A program made the translations under genes and the position numbers. A stretch of 64,000 bases of DNA from Octopus sinensis (Eukaryota): assembly GCF_006345805.1 (NCBI RefSeq), contig NC_043001.1, positions 28,892,001-28,956,000 on the forward strand, written 5' to 3'. Shown in pieces: positions 21,977 to 34,760 of this stretch (position 1 is its first letter; every line of letters starts with the position of its first letter). A model generated the notes under the pieces. It was not told the origin of the DNA. It did no database searches and saw nothing but the letters and a program-made list of their open reading frames with translations.

Positions 21977-22754
21977 TGAGTGGGTGCTGAAAAATTCCTG
22001 GCTTTAGGTTAAAGAAAACACAAGAAGATCAGTTAATTATGATTTTATTCAACACCGAGATCTCTGGAGCTATGCTGTGACTGCAAAGACCCGGGCTGCT
22101 TCTTGCACCAGTTCCGCATAGCCCCTGCCCATTCAAAGTACCTTGGATTTCAGAACAACCCGCTGTGCTTGAGGAGACCTATTGAGTCAAGTACATGAAC
22201 GTCGAAATAAATATCAATGGATTGTGATACCTGTGCCGGTGGCACATAAAAGCACCATCCGAACGTGGCCAATGCCGGCGTCGCCTCGACTGGCTTCTGT
22301 GCCGGTGGCACGTAAAAAGCACCATCTGAGCGTGGCCGATGCCAGCGCCGCCCTGACTGGCTTCCGTGCCGGTGGCATGTTAAAAGCACCAACCAATCGT
22401 GGCCACTGCCAGACTCCCCTGGCACCTGTGCTGGTGGCACGTAAAAAGCACCCACTACACTTGCAGAGTGGTTGGCATTAGGAAGGGTATCCAGCTGTAG
22501 AAACACTGCCAGATCAGACTGGAGCCTGGTGCAGCCTTCTGGCTTCCCAGACCCCGGTCGAACCGTCCAACCTGTGCTAGCGCAGAAAACGGACGTTAAG
22601 CGATGATGATGATGATATTCACCTCTCAGATTCACACACTTATTGCAGTGGTCCTACAGCTTTTCTAAATCTTGTAAAAGAACTTGGATGGTTTAGCCTC
22701 CTACCAGGCCTTTTCTGATACCCTTAAAGCCAGGAATTTTTCAGCATCCTCATG
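21977..22754 (-). mobile_element. Mariner deletion derivative (~230 bp) interrupted by an RTE
   Basis: TIRs gggtgctgaaaaattcctggcttta / taaagccaggaatttttcagcatcc; remnant DHCNKCVNLRGEY|VE*. Confidence 0.75.
22055..22617 (+). mobile_element. RTE subfamily 2 3' end, 4 module cores
   Basis: RDLWSYAVTAKTR, UTR, modules, (gat)n tail. Confidence 0.9.
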
Positions 22755-22774
22755 TATGAGGAACCAAAATTTAG

Positions 22775-23140
22775 ATGTACTAGCTGTGAAGATGTGGCCG
22801 GCTGAAATTTCAGAGAAACATTTTATGACAATCTAATAGATGTTGCTTTCTATTGTGCTTTATTCTGACTTCCATAAGGGGAGATAAAAATCCAGTACTG
22901 CAAGCTAATCATATTCCTGTATTATTGTATATTTATAGTAATGCTGACTGAGTTTATGAGAGTTAATGGTCTTTGTCAGAAATAGAGCAGCATCTGTGAA
23001 GGAATAAGTGTTTAGTGGCATGATTCAAATGATGTATATATAACTTGCTGGGCAACTGTGCTATCAATAACACCATAGACCACCTGGCATCACATCTCTT
23101 TAAATGAAATATCATTAAATATTTATGTTACTTTGACTGT
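22775..23140. repeat. Unclassified interspersed repeat (inverted copy at 35505-35890)
   Basis: gctgaaatttcagagaaacattttatgaca...gaccacctggcatcacatctc matches the reverse complement of 35505-35890. Confidence 0.75.
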
Positions 23141-23199
23141 GCTGTTTTATTGAGTGCTAGTGGGACATGCTATTCTGCTAATTAATATACAATATAAGG

Positions 23200-23620
23200 A
23201 AGGCCAGATTAAGACCCATGGAGGCCCTAAGCACTTAAAAGACTTTGGTGCCCCCATATGCATATAGTCTAAAATATAAACAATCATACATCATAAAATA
23301 ATTTTTCATTTTTCAAAATGAAACAAAATTAAGAGTAAAATGGAAAATAATGTTTATTTTTATATACTTTCAATTTATTTATATTTGAAAAGTTTTCTCC
23401 TACTTTTTTAATTGTTAAGTCTTTAATCAGATCCACAAAATTATTCTTACGTAACACATCTACTTCTATACTTAGTAGATATAAGGCATCCTGAATATTA
23501 TTTTGGCAAGTTTAATGTAATTTCTTTTGTGCCTTAAACCATTTACCATTTCTGTGGTATCCCATTTCTCTTGATCCGCTAAGCATGTGGTTGTTTTGCT
23601 TATTGGTTAATCCAGCACTG
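23200..23620 (-). mobile_element. hAT-superfamily deletion derivative
   Basis: Minus-strand DALYLLSIEVDVLRKNNFVDLIKDL..KK (dimerisation-domain-like); termini ggccagattaa / ttaatccagcactg; no 8-bp TSD seen. Confidence 0.55.
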
Positions 23621-24239
23621 AGCATAGTGAAATGTCTTACCTTGATTTGGTTTGATGATTACAAACAGAAATAACTTTGTGGGGTTGTTTTTCACAGCAA
23701 ACAAATTGAGGAACTAGATGGTAAGTACTGTAAAGTAATCAATAACATGATTACCTGACAAGTGATACGCATCCTGGACTGCATCCAAAAAAATATCTCC
23801 TGATTGACAGGCATACAGTAACTCAACTAACACATCTACCTATTTGACCCACAGTTTCCTCTCTGCCTTTTCTCTTGATATTTCTAAAATGATCTTCACT
23901 CCTTTATGCAGGCTGGTCTTATGTTACTTCCACCAAGGCTCTCTCTTCCTCTCATTACACATTGTATCCACTTTGCCAGATGCTCCCCACCCACTAACAA
24001 CTCTTCCTAGTATTTTCTCTCCAGAATATCTTAATCATCATCACTATTATTGTCTGTGTTCCATACAGTCAGGGTTTACAAGGACTGCATTACGTTCAGG
24101 TATCTACTTTGGCATGGTTTCTACAACTTAAGTTCATGCTTAAAAAATTCTCGTCCTCATGGTCGCTGCCGCCGCCACCACTGTCAACATCACCATCACC
24201 ATCACCACCACCACCACCACCACCACCACCATCATCATC

Positions 24240-24472
24240 ATCTGTTTCTTTATTACCCAACAAGGGGCTAAACATAGAGGGGACAAACAAGGACAGACAA
24301 ACGGATTAAGTCGATTATATCGACCCCAGTGCATAACTGGTACTTAATTTACCAACCCCGAGAGGATGAAAGGCAAAGTCGACCTCGACGGAATTTGAAC
24401 TCAGAACGTAACGTCAGATGAAATACGGCTATGCATTTCGCCCGGCGTGCTAATGATTCTGCCAGCTCGCCA
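24240..24472 (-). mobile_element. SINE B
   Basis: tttctttattacccaacaaggggctaaac...ctgccagctcgcc. Confidence 0.85.
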
Positions 24473-24513
24473 CCCATCATCACTGTCATCACCACCATCG
24501 TCGTCGTCACCAG

Positions 24514-24546
<33 letters not shown>

Positions 24547-24864
24547 TTAATGTCTGTTTTCCCATGTTGGTATGGGTTGGGTCATGATCTTTAACATATA
24601 TCAGGAATCCTATTTTGATGAAAGCATATAAGTTAATTTTAGAATCATATTTAAGTGCAAGTTTTACTCTGGTTGATGTTGAGTGCTGTAACCATGATAA
24701 ATCTATAATTTTTACTGATCAATATTCAGTTGTTTGATCAATTAGACTACTTGTTAAATTGATAGATAAGTGGATAAGTTATCCACAGACTAAATGGCAG
24801 TGTTGGGTCTTTGGAAAACAGGTATGAACAAAAAATCTTTATTTCTATAGTCAATTATTGTTTG

Positions 24865-25162
24865 TTCCTTCGCAAGCCATGGCTGGCTCATAAGGGCCAG
24901 TTTCCTGGTTTCCTTGGTGTATAGGTTCCCCACCTGGATGCGATGCTGGTCCGTCGCAGGTGAACTGCAAGATGCAGGAGGAAAAAGTGAGAGAAAGTTT
25001 TGGCGAAAGAGTCAGTAGAAGTTCGCCATTACCTTCCGCCGGAGCCGCATGGAGCTTAGGTATTTCGCTCATAAACACACACATCGCCCAGTCTGAGATT
25101 TGAACCTGCAATCCCTCAACCGCGAGTCCGCTGCTCTAACCACTAGGCCATGTGCCTCCACA
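24865..25162 (-). mobile_element. tRNA-derived SINE C, full length
   Basis: Head gtggaggcacatggcctagtggttagagcagcgg..ggttcaaatc; V-type 3' motif cctgcgacggaccagcatc. Confidence 0.8.
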
Positions 25163-25769
25163 CAGTCAATTATGCAACATTTTAAATTATTATAACAAAG
25201 ACAAACAAAGAAAAAAAATAAGGAAAAGAAAAAAAGGTAAGGAGGGGCAAATCAGCAGAAGAGGGGGTGATGGGCCACACACCTTGGTACAAATGGTGTA
25301 CTCTGCTGTGCCCTATAGTAATAACCACAGTGATGTTGTTGCAGAGAATGGCCAGTGGCACTTGTTGCTGCAGCCACTCCATTTCGAAGAGCTCATCTCT
25401 TGGGTCAATCCAAGATTGTAGTAAAAAGCACTTGTCCAAAAATCCCTGCAGTGTGATTGAATCAGGGGTCTCATAATAGCAAGGTGACCTTCTTAATGAC
25501 CGTCTGTGTCAACTGTGAGTTGCAGAGCAAACTGAAGGCATTTTCAAGTCAGGACTTTAACTGAACTTTAATTAACTAAAGGTGAAGATAAGCCTTCAGG
25601 TATGGATATAATATTAAGGTTGGAGGCTGACAGAGAGAAAGGAAACGGAGGGAATAAAGTTTATGGATCTTTACGAAATAAAACTAAAATTCTGTTCTCA
25701 TACATATATACATAACTCTCTGCTCTGATGATAAAGCTGCCTCCCTTGGGGTTTGTAGTCTTGCCAGCT

Positions 25770-25990
25770 GCATGACAACTTCATAAATACTGGCACCTAG
25801 AAAAAAAGCATCCAGCACACACTGTAAAGGGGTTGGCTTTACAAAAGGCATCCAGCTGTATAAACCATGCCAAAGCAGACAATGGAGCATGATGTAGTCC
25901 TTAGACCCTGCAGTTGTTGTCAAACTCACCAATCCATGTAAGCATAGAACAATGATGATGACAATGATGACAACAGTCATGATGATGATG
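25770..25990 (+). mobile_element. Old RTE tail copy
   Basis: ctggcacctagaaaaaaagcatcc...ggcatccagctgta...(gat)n. Confidence 0.65.
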
Positions 25991-26279
25991 ATATATTCCT
26001 TCATTCTTTAATTTGTTTCAGTCATTTGACTGTGGCCATGATGGAGCACCGCTTTATTTTCTTTTGTGGATTGTGTTGTTCGAGAGAAGAGACTTCATAG
26101 ATCGCAGTGTGGTAGCATAGGCTTTTTACCAGAATGCATCAGCTCAAATTTTCCCTCATTTAGTTGCATTTTGTTTTTGTCTGCCCATTGACTCACCGCA
26201 TATAGATCAGACTGGAGTTCAGTTCAGTCTTCTTCGTTGATAATTTTCTGGAGGTTAGAGTCATCAGCGAATATTTTTG

Positions 26280-26605
26280 GTCACGACACTGACCGTGGGA
26301 TTGCACCTAGAAAGTTACCCTCCCAGGAACAAGTCCGGGTAAGGTTGTTTTATGGAAGACCAGCAGTCACCCATGCATACAGGCCTTCTCTCTCCTCACC
26401 ACCAGTGTTATCCAAGGGGAAAGGCAAGGGTGGATACAGCTTGGCACTTGTGACATCACAACTCATTTCTACAGCTGAGTGAACTGGAGCAACGGGAAAT
26501 AAAGTGTCTTGCTCAAGAACACAACATGCAGCCCGGTCTGGGATTTGAGCTCACAACCTCACGATTGTAAGCTTGACGCTCTAACCACTGAGCCATGTGC
26601 CTTTT
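26280..26605 (-). mobile_element. tRNA-derived SINE related to family D with a different 3' part
   Basis: gtgtcttgctcaagaacac, ctctaaccactgagccat head. Confidence 0.7.
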
Positions 26606-26649
26606 TATGATATTGTGTGTTTGTATGTATATGAATATATACATACATT

Positions 26650-26757
26650 TGACTGGGCCTGATGAAGCCTTCTGGCTTCACAGACCCCAGTAGAACCGTC
26701 CAACCCATGCTAGCATGGAAAACGGACGCTAAACGATGATGATGATGATGATGATGA
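26650..26757 (+). mobile_element. Short RTE tail copy
   Basis: gactgggcctgatgaagcc...gctaaac(gat)n. Confidence 0.85.
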
Positions 26758-26761
26758 TTCA

Positions 26762-27175
26762 AAGGCGCAGGAGTGGCTGTGTGGTAAGTAGCTTGTTTAC
26801 CAACCACATGGTTCCGGGTTCAGTCCCACTGCGTGGCACCTTGGGCAAGTGTCTTCTACTATAGCCTTGGGCCAACCAAAGCCTTGTGAGTGGATTTGGT
26901 AGACGGAAACTGAAAGAAGCCTGTCGTATATATGTATATATATATATGCGTGTGTGTATGTTTGTGTGTCTGTGTTTGTCCCCCCAACATCACTTGACAA
27001 CTGATGCTGGTGTGTTTATGTCACCGTTACTTAGCGATTCGGCAAAAGAGACCGATAGAATAAGTACTGGGCTTACAAAAGAATAAGTCCTGGGGTTGAG
27101 TTGATCGATTAAAGGCGGTGCTCCAGCATGGCTGCAGTCAAATGACTGAAACAAGTAAAAGAGTAAAAGAGTAAA
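26762..27175 (+). mobile_element. SINE A, full length
   Basis: Head ggagtggctgtgtgg, tail (aaaagagt)n. Confidence 0.9.
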
Positions 27176-27890
27176 TATATATACACACACACACACACAC
27201 GTATCTGAATGTATATAACTGGCATGCCAGTTATATACATAGTTCTCAGGGAGATTTAGCATGACATAGAATGCTACAAGGCTGGCCTTTTGAAATACAG
27301 GTACAACTCATTTTTGTCAGCTGAGGGAACTGACAATATATATATATGTATAAATTGAGGATATAATCATTAAAGGATTATACCAGTGGCCAGCATATAA
27401 TAAAACCACTGAATCATTAAAATTAATATTTAAGTATATAATTATGAATATATAATTATAATTAAGGGCGCTGGAGGAACAATGCCAATACGCTAGAAGT
27501 AGATGTCCAATGTCTATATAATTATATATTTATATTGACATAATTACATATTAATAGTTATATACTTATATATACATATATATATATTTTTCTCTCCTTG
27601 TTTAGACTTTTTCTATTCCTGAGCGCTATACTAATACATTTGTTTGTTTGTACTCCACCTGCCTTCATCTTTTGTTTATTTTTGTAAACTTTCCCTTTAT
27701 ATATATTGGGGTCTTACCTTTGCCTATATACATATATATATGTATAGATTGTTTGAAGTGGTATACAGATTCTATATATTTAGAAAGAGGTTGACAACCG
27801 GTTACCAAAAAAAAAAAAAGAATCTAATAGGTGTAAAACAATGTGTAGAGAATGAATATGGAAACAAAAATTTGAGCAAATGAATGGAGT

Positions 27891-29400
27891 GGGTGGAGAG
27901 AGGACTTTCGGAATATTCACATGATCCGATTACTCCCTCATAACTTTCAGGAAGATCGATATCTTTTAATGAAATTTTATATAAATACCTTTTAAATGGT
28001 CTAGATTACGGTTAAAAAGAAATTTGCGGAAAATAATTTTTCCGAAGGGGTGGAGAGAGGATTTTGGGAAAATTCACATGATCTGATTTTTTCCTCATAA
28101 CTTTTAGGAAAATGGGTATCTTTTAATGAAAGTAAATACAAATAACTTTCAAATGGCATAGATTATGATTATAAAGAAGTTTGTGAGGAAAATTTTTTCG
28201 CGGAGTGGAGGAGAGGTTTTTTGAAAAAAGTGGAGCACATAAGTTCATGTTTTATTTAATCCCTACCATCCTCTCTCTTGACCGATTTTGGCCAGTTTTT
28301 TTTTGCAGTTAAAAACCATGAGAAGAGCCATTTCGGTAACAAAAAAAAAAAAATTGTTGATATTTTTAGAGGTAAAAGTATGATTTAAGGGAGTTTCTAG
28401 CACATCCCAAGACAACCTTCATCATTTCTTTCTTACTCTTACATGTATTGATGTTTTTCAATACGTTTCTCCCCATAAACACATTTATGCTATAAAAAAT
28501 TTATGATTTTTTTCAACCTTACTCCCTGCCCCTGATTGTTTCTGTTTATAATCTAAAATATGGGAGAGCCTGAGGTCATTTCTGGCATTTATCCACAATG
28601 ATTTAAAAAAAAAAATAGGTATACTTTTTACTCTTTTACTTGTTTCAGTCATTTGACTGCGACCATGCTGGAGCACTGCCTTTAGTCGATCAAATTGACC
28701 CCAGGACTTATTCTTTGTAAGCCTAGTACTTATTCTAGCAGTCTCTTTTGCCGAACCGCTAAGTTACGAGGACATAAACACACCAGCATCAGTTGTCAAG
28801 TGATGTTGGACACACACACACATATATATACATATATACAACGGGCTTCTTTTAGTTTCCATCTACCAAATCCACTCACAAGGCTTTGGTCAGCCCGAGG
28901 CTATAGTAGAAGACACTTGCCCAAGATGTCACGCAGTGGGACTGAACCCGGAACCATGTGGTTGGTAAGCAACCTTTCTGTTAGAAAATGTTTTTTTCTT
29001 ACAGACACACACACGGCCTTGCCTAATTAAGATAGGAGTAAAAATCTAAATTATCATTTTTTTGTTGATGCTTATATCTCACCAATGGAGCATGCATGTG
29101 GTTTGTTGGTATCATTATTAAGGGGGAGGAAGGTAAAAAAAAATCATAAATTTTCCAAACTGTTTTTTTATAAAAAGATGCTCCTTGTCATTTCAAAGGC
29201 TCCAGTGAAAAACGATTGTTTTCATATTTTTTTCCTACACATTATTTTACACCTATTAGGCTGTTCTTTTTTTGTTTGTTTTGGTGACCGGGTGCTAAAC
29301 TAGATCCTGAAAGATATGAGGGAAAAAATCGGATTGTGTGAATTTTCTGAAGGTCCTCTCACCACCCCTTCAGAAAACATTTGGTGACCAGATGTTAAAC
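27891..29400. mobile_element. Unclassified DNA-transposon-like element with ~157-bp subterminal tandem repeats
   Basis: Units start 27891, 28048, 28203; inverted copy about 29305-29375; further inverted match about 28490-28530 vs 29121-29160. Confidence 0.45.
28620..28975 (-). mobile_element. SINE A
   Basis: Tail and head motifs in reverse. Confidence 0.88.
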
Positions 29401-29525
29401 TATATATTAACCAGAAAAAGGAGATAGTCAGGATTTGAATAAAAACTATTTATTTAGTGCTTTCATCCCTTTTAGGGATTCATTGTGAAAAATTTTTTTT
29501 GTAGAAAAATCATACCTTTCATATA

Positions 29526-30815
29526 CGAGGGACGTTCAATAAGTAATGTCCCTGACCCACTTGCAGTTGTTTGATCTAGCTGACATTTTGCATGTGAAAT
29601 TATTTATATCTCTATAGATTAAGTGGCAAATTACAGCTCTGAACTAATTGTGGTTTCTGATTCACAGGTGTTTGAACTGAGTCAAGTGTGAAATGGAGCC
29701 TGTTGAGTGTCGAGCAGTGATCCGGTTTTTGTATTTGAAAGGACGCACACCACGGGAGACTTTTGATGAAATGAAAGTAACTTATGGTGATGATGCCCCA
29801 TCATATGACTTGTAAAACGCTGGCATCGTGAATTCAAACATGGTCGGAACTCTGTGGAAACAGCTCCCAGATCTGGTCGCCCCACTTCTGCCATTGATGA
29901 GGCATCTGTCCGTCAAGTTGAGGCTGCCATTTTGGAAGATCGACGCATAATTATTCGCCAAATAACCCATGAGGTCAAGATTAGTACCGGGTCTGTGGAA
30001 ACTATCATTCATGACCATTTGCATTTGCAAAAGGTGTCTGCCAAATGGATTCCCAGATTGCTCACACCTTTCCAGAAGCAAGAACGCGTCGAGTGCTCGA
30101 GGATGAATTGGAGATGTGCCAAGAAGATGAATCAAAATTTTTCAAAAGTCTGATTACACAGGATGAAACCTGGGTCCATCACTATGATCCAGAGACCAAA
30201 GCCCAGTCAATGCAGTAGAAGCACCGTGACTCACCTCCTCCAAAGAAGGCATGGGTGCAGCCCTCCGCTGTCAAGGTCATGCTCACAGTCTTCTGGAACC
30301 AGGAGGGAGTAGTGAAGACAGATTTCCTGGCAAAGGGTACCACAATTACAGGAGCCTATTATGCTTCACTTTTGAGGAAATTAAGAGAAGCTATCAAAAT
30401 CAAGAGGCGGGGCAAGATCAGCAAAGGCATCCTCCTCCTGCAGGACAACGCTACGGTTCACAACTCGCGTGTCGCCAGATCAGAAGCACAGGCGTGCGGC
30501 TATGAACTCCTCCCCCACCCCCTACTCTCCTGACCTTGCACCCTCTGATTTTCACCTCTTTCCAGCCATGATGTTGTTTTTGAAAGGAAAGCATTTCCCA
30601 GATGATGGAGCCTTGATTTCTGAAGTCATGTCGTGGTTGGAGGACCAAGCTGGGGGTCTTCTACAAAACCGGTCTCCAGAGCTGCATCAAACGATGGGAG
30701 AAATGCGTAACTCTGGGTGGTTCCTATGTAGAAAAAGACTAATAACTGTGCCAAGTTTCGTTGCTCTACTGCTATGGGAAGTGGGTCAGGGGCATTACTT
30801 ATTGAACGCCCCTCG
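29526..30815 (+). mobile_element. Full-length 1290-bp mariner element
   Basis: 35-bp TIRs (cgagggRcgttcaataagtaatgYccctgacccac, 2 mismatches), TA TSD at 29524-5 and 30816-7. Confidence 0.96.
29693..30742 (+). pseudogene. Mariner D,D34D-type transposase, frameshifted
   Basis: MEPVECRAVIRFL..., PRSGRP, WIPRLL, QDETWV, LLQDNA, YSPDLAPSDFHLF, YVEKD*; about 4 frameshifts and 1 in-frame TAG. Confidence 0.93.
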
Positions 30816-31057
30816 TATATGAAAGTTAGCTGAAAAAAAAAAAATCTGGAGGTGAATTTGTTTTCTTGGGGTTTGGGAAGAGGATGTGGTTTAGTGGTGC
30901 TTTGTTATTTTGAATCTGCATGAGTGTGTATATTTATATGTTTGTATGTATGTGTAAGCATGTGATGTGTGTATGTGTGTGTGGTGAATTTTTAGAAAGA
31001 AAGAAAAAAAGAAAGAAAGAAAGAAAGGGGTATTTTTCTGAGATGGTTGAAATTGAT

Positions 31058-31118
<61 letters not shown>

Positions 31119-31149
31119 TATAAATATACACACATATATATGTATATAT

Positions 31150-31490
31150 AAATTGTAGTTAAGACACCCATGTTGGTGACACGTAAAAAGCACCATCCGA
31201 ACGTGGCAGATACTAGCGTTGCCTGACTAGCGTCCGTGTCGGTGACACGTAAAAGCACCAACCGATCGTGGCCGTTTGCCAGCCTGCTCTGGCTCCTGTG
31301 CCAGTGGCACGTAAATAACACCCACTACACTCACGGAGTAGTTGGCGTTAGGAAGGATATCCAGCTGTAGAAACACTGCCAAATCAGACTAGAGCCTGGT
31401 GCAGCCTCCATGGCTTACAAGACACTGGTTGAACCGTCCAACACATGCTAGCATGGAAAACAGGTGTTAAATGATGATGATGATGATGAT
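31150..31490 (+). mobile_element. RTE tail copy, 3 cores
   Basis: Modules plus (gat)n tail. Confidence 0.88.
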
Positions 31491-31588
31491 ATGTATGTAT
31501 ACATATAAACATATTGGGTGTGAATTAATAGCAAATATCAAATACTTTAGGTGCTTCTTTCATTTCTAGGAATTTCCTTATTTTTATA

Positions 31589-32060
31589 ATCATCATCATC
31601 GTTTAACATCTGCTTACCATGCTAGCATGGGTTGGATGATTTGACTGAGGTCTGGTGAACCAGATGGCTGCACCAGGCTCCAATCTGATCTGGCAGATTT
31701 TCTACAGCTGGATGCCCTTCCTAATGCCAACCACTCCAAGAGTGTAGTGGGTACTTTTACGTGCCACCGGCATGAGGGCCAGTCAGGCAGGACTGGCAAT
31801 AGCCATGCTCAAATGGTGCTTTTTATGTGCCACCTGCACAGGAGCCAATCCAGTGGCACTGGCAACGACCTTGCTCGAATGTTTTTTCATGTGCCACCAG
31901 CACAATTGTCAGTAAGGCAATGCAGGTAACGATCACGCTCAAATGGTGCTTTTTACGTGCCATCGACACAGAGGCCAGCTTGTTGCTCTGGCAACGATCA
32001 CGCCCGTATGGTACTCTTAGTACTCCACTAGCATGAATGCCAGTCATCGAATTTGATTTC
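31589..32060 (-). mobile_element. RTE tail copy with decayed modules
   Basis: catcatcatcgtttaac tail; 4-5 ggtgcttttt cores. Confidence 0.85.
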
Positions 32061-32119
32061 GTTTTTTATTAATATTTTGTTTATTATATTTGTTTATTAT
32101 ATTTGTTTATTTTCTATTT

Positions 32120-32530
32120 TACTTTTGTACTCTTTACTCTTTTACTTGTTTCAGTCATTTGACTGCGGCCATGCTGGAGCACTGCCTTTTAGTCGAGCAA
32201 ATCGACCCCGGGACTTATTCTTTGTAAGCCCAGTACTTATTCTATCGGTCTCTTTTGCCGAACCACTAAGTGACGGGGACGTAAACACACCAGCATCAGT
32301 TGTCAAGCAATGCTAGGGGACAAACACAGACACACAAACACACACACATATATATATATACATATATACGACAGGCTTCTTTCAGTTTCCGTCTACCAAA
32401 TCCACTCACAAGGCATTGGTCAGCCCGAGGCTATAGCAGAAGACACTTGCCCAAGATGCCACGCAGTGGGACTGAACCCGGAACCATGTGGTTGGTTAGC
32501 AAGCTACTTACCACACAGCCACTCCTGCGC
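32120..32530 (-). mobile_element. SINE A, full length
   Basis: Tail and head motifs. Confidence 0.9.
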
Positions 32531-32744
32531 CTGTATGATTTTATATTTAAATTAAATAAATAAAAAAAGTTGTATCGATTTCCTTTCAGAAGAATCCAAA
32601 TAAACTTGTTTCTTCCATTTCATTAGACTGTCAAGTGTCATTAGAGAGAAATTTGACTGCTGCTTTTTACAAGTCTATTGATTGCATAGAGGCCCCCAAG
32701 TGCAATAGCTTTCCTTTGTAGGTGTTATAAGGCTGCATTTATTT

Positions 32745-33165
32745 CTTATTTCTTTTCTACCCACAAGGGGCTACACACAGAGGGGACAAACAAGGACAGA
32801 CAAACAGATTAAGTCGATTATATCGACCCCAGTGCATAACTGGTACTTATTTAATCGACCCCGAAAGGATGAAAGGCAAAGTCAACCTTGGCGGAATTTG
32901 AACTCAAAACGTAGCAACAGACGAAATACGTATTTTTTTACTACCTACAAGGGGCTAAACACAGAGAGGACAAACAAGGACAGACAAACGGATTAAGTCG
33001 ATTATATCGACCCCAGTGTGTAACTGGTACTTATTTAATCGACTCTGTAAGGATGAATGGCAAAGTTGACCTTGGCGGAATTTGAACTCAAAACGTAGCG
33101 GCAGACGAAATACCGCTAAGCATTTCACCCGGTGTGCTAACGTTTCTGCCAGCTCGCTGCCTTAT
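32745..33165 (-). mobile_element. SINE B with duplicated 3' part
   Basis: acaaggggcta..ggacagacaaac..gtcgattatatcgaccccagtg occurs twice, ~190 bp apart. Confidence 0.85.
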
Positions 33166-33769
33166 TTATTTCTGTTATATCATTGATGGCCTGAATGCTA
33201 AGGGGAAGGGTTAATGGGATAAGAATCAACAAGCTAAAGGTACACAGCTCTTGTCTTGTTATTGATGTTGCAGTGTCTCCTTAACGAAGACACTAATTTC
33301 TCAACCATATATTTACACACATATTCATTAACAACGTTGCAATACATCAAGACAAAACATGAAGTTCTGAAATTAGATCAGTAAAATTGCTCAGTCATTA
33401 GGTGCAGCATCTAAATGTGCTTCAGATTACAAGACACTGCAGTGATGTCGATGATGGAGATGATGGAGATGCCAAACAAAGAAAAATCATTTACGGTGAC
33501 ATACATTGCATAAGTATTGATGAAGTCGATATATTTGTCATATCGAAAGTTTAATGACACTAAAATTTCTGAACACATGTACAAGCATGTTGCAAGCTAA
33601 CTGCCACCTGCTCCTTTATGTGGATATTGTATCAATTTCTTGAAGTTTCTTTCTTAATATTTTCTTTACATAGTTCACCTTAAAACACTCACCCAAAAAT
33701 TGGACCCATAGATAATAATTTATGTTCAGTTTACAAATATGCATATATTTATGTATACATATATATATA

Positions 33770-34075
33770 TTATATTAAATTAGAGATAAAACCACTATTA
33801 GGCAAATCAAACAATGAAAAAACATAAGCCATACATAAAATTAATTAATTTATATTATTTTAAATATAGATCAAAAGTATTAAAAGTTTAGATATATATT
33901 TAAAATAATATAAATTAATTAATTTTATGTATTGGCTTATGTTTTTCATTGTTTGATTTGCCTAATAGTGGTTTTATCTCTAATTTAATATAATATAATA
34001 TTTTACTATAAAATGGATTTAATCCTAAATCTGATTTTTCCCTGTAAGTTTGGATTTATTCCCTAATATTTTATT
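33770..34075. repeat. AT-rich foldback (~105-bp arms) followed by a ttttccctgtaagtttgga element
   Basis: aaattagagataaaaccactattaggcaaatcaaacaatg... vs ...cattgtttgatttgcctaatagtggttttatctctaattt. Confidence 0.85.
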
Positions 34076-34186
34076 ATATATATATATTATATATAATATA
34101 TATATATATAATATGTATGTATGCATGTATGTAAGTATGTTATGTATCTGTGTATGTATGTATGTATATTATGTTATGAATGTATG

Positions 34187-34600
34187 TAGGAGTGGCTGTG
34201 TGGTAAGTAGCTTGCTTACCAACCACATGGTTCCGGGTTCAGTCCCATTGCGTTGCACCTTGGGCAAGTGTCCTCTACTAAAACCTTGGGCTGACCAAAG
34301 CCTTGTAAGTGGATTTGGTAGACGGAAACTGAAAGAAGTCTGTCATATATATGTATATGTATATATTATTGTGTGGGTGTTTGTGTGTCTGTGTTTGTTC
34401 CCCAGCCCCAACATCGCTTGACAACCGTTGCTGGTGTGTTTACATCCCTGTAACTTAGCGGTTCGGCAAAAGAGACTGATAGAATAAGTACTAGGCTTAC
34501 AAAGAATAAGTCCTGGGGTCAATTTGCTCAACTAAAGGCAGTGCTCCAGCATGGCCACAGTCAAATGATTGAAGCAAGTAAAAGAGTAAAGTGAAAGTAA
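34187..34600 (+). mobile_element. SINE A, full length
   Basis: Head and tail motifs. Confidence 0.9.
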
Positions 34601-34760
34601 ACATGTGTGTCTGCATGTTTGCATACAGATTGAAGCCTCGTGCAGCCATCTGGTGCGCCAGTCCTCAGTCAAATCGTCCAACTCATGCTAGCATGAAAAG
34701 CGGATGTTAAACGATGATGATGATGATGATGCTATACATATATATATATATATATATATA

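Noticed and set aside
24865-25162. tRNA genes at SINE heads (also 7063, 7795, 26762 etc.)
   Set aside because: Only A/B-box-like halves without a full cloverleaf, fused to SINE bodies and tails
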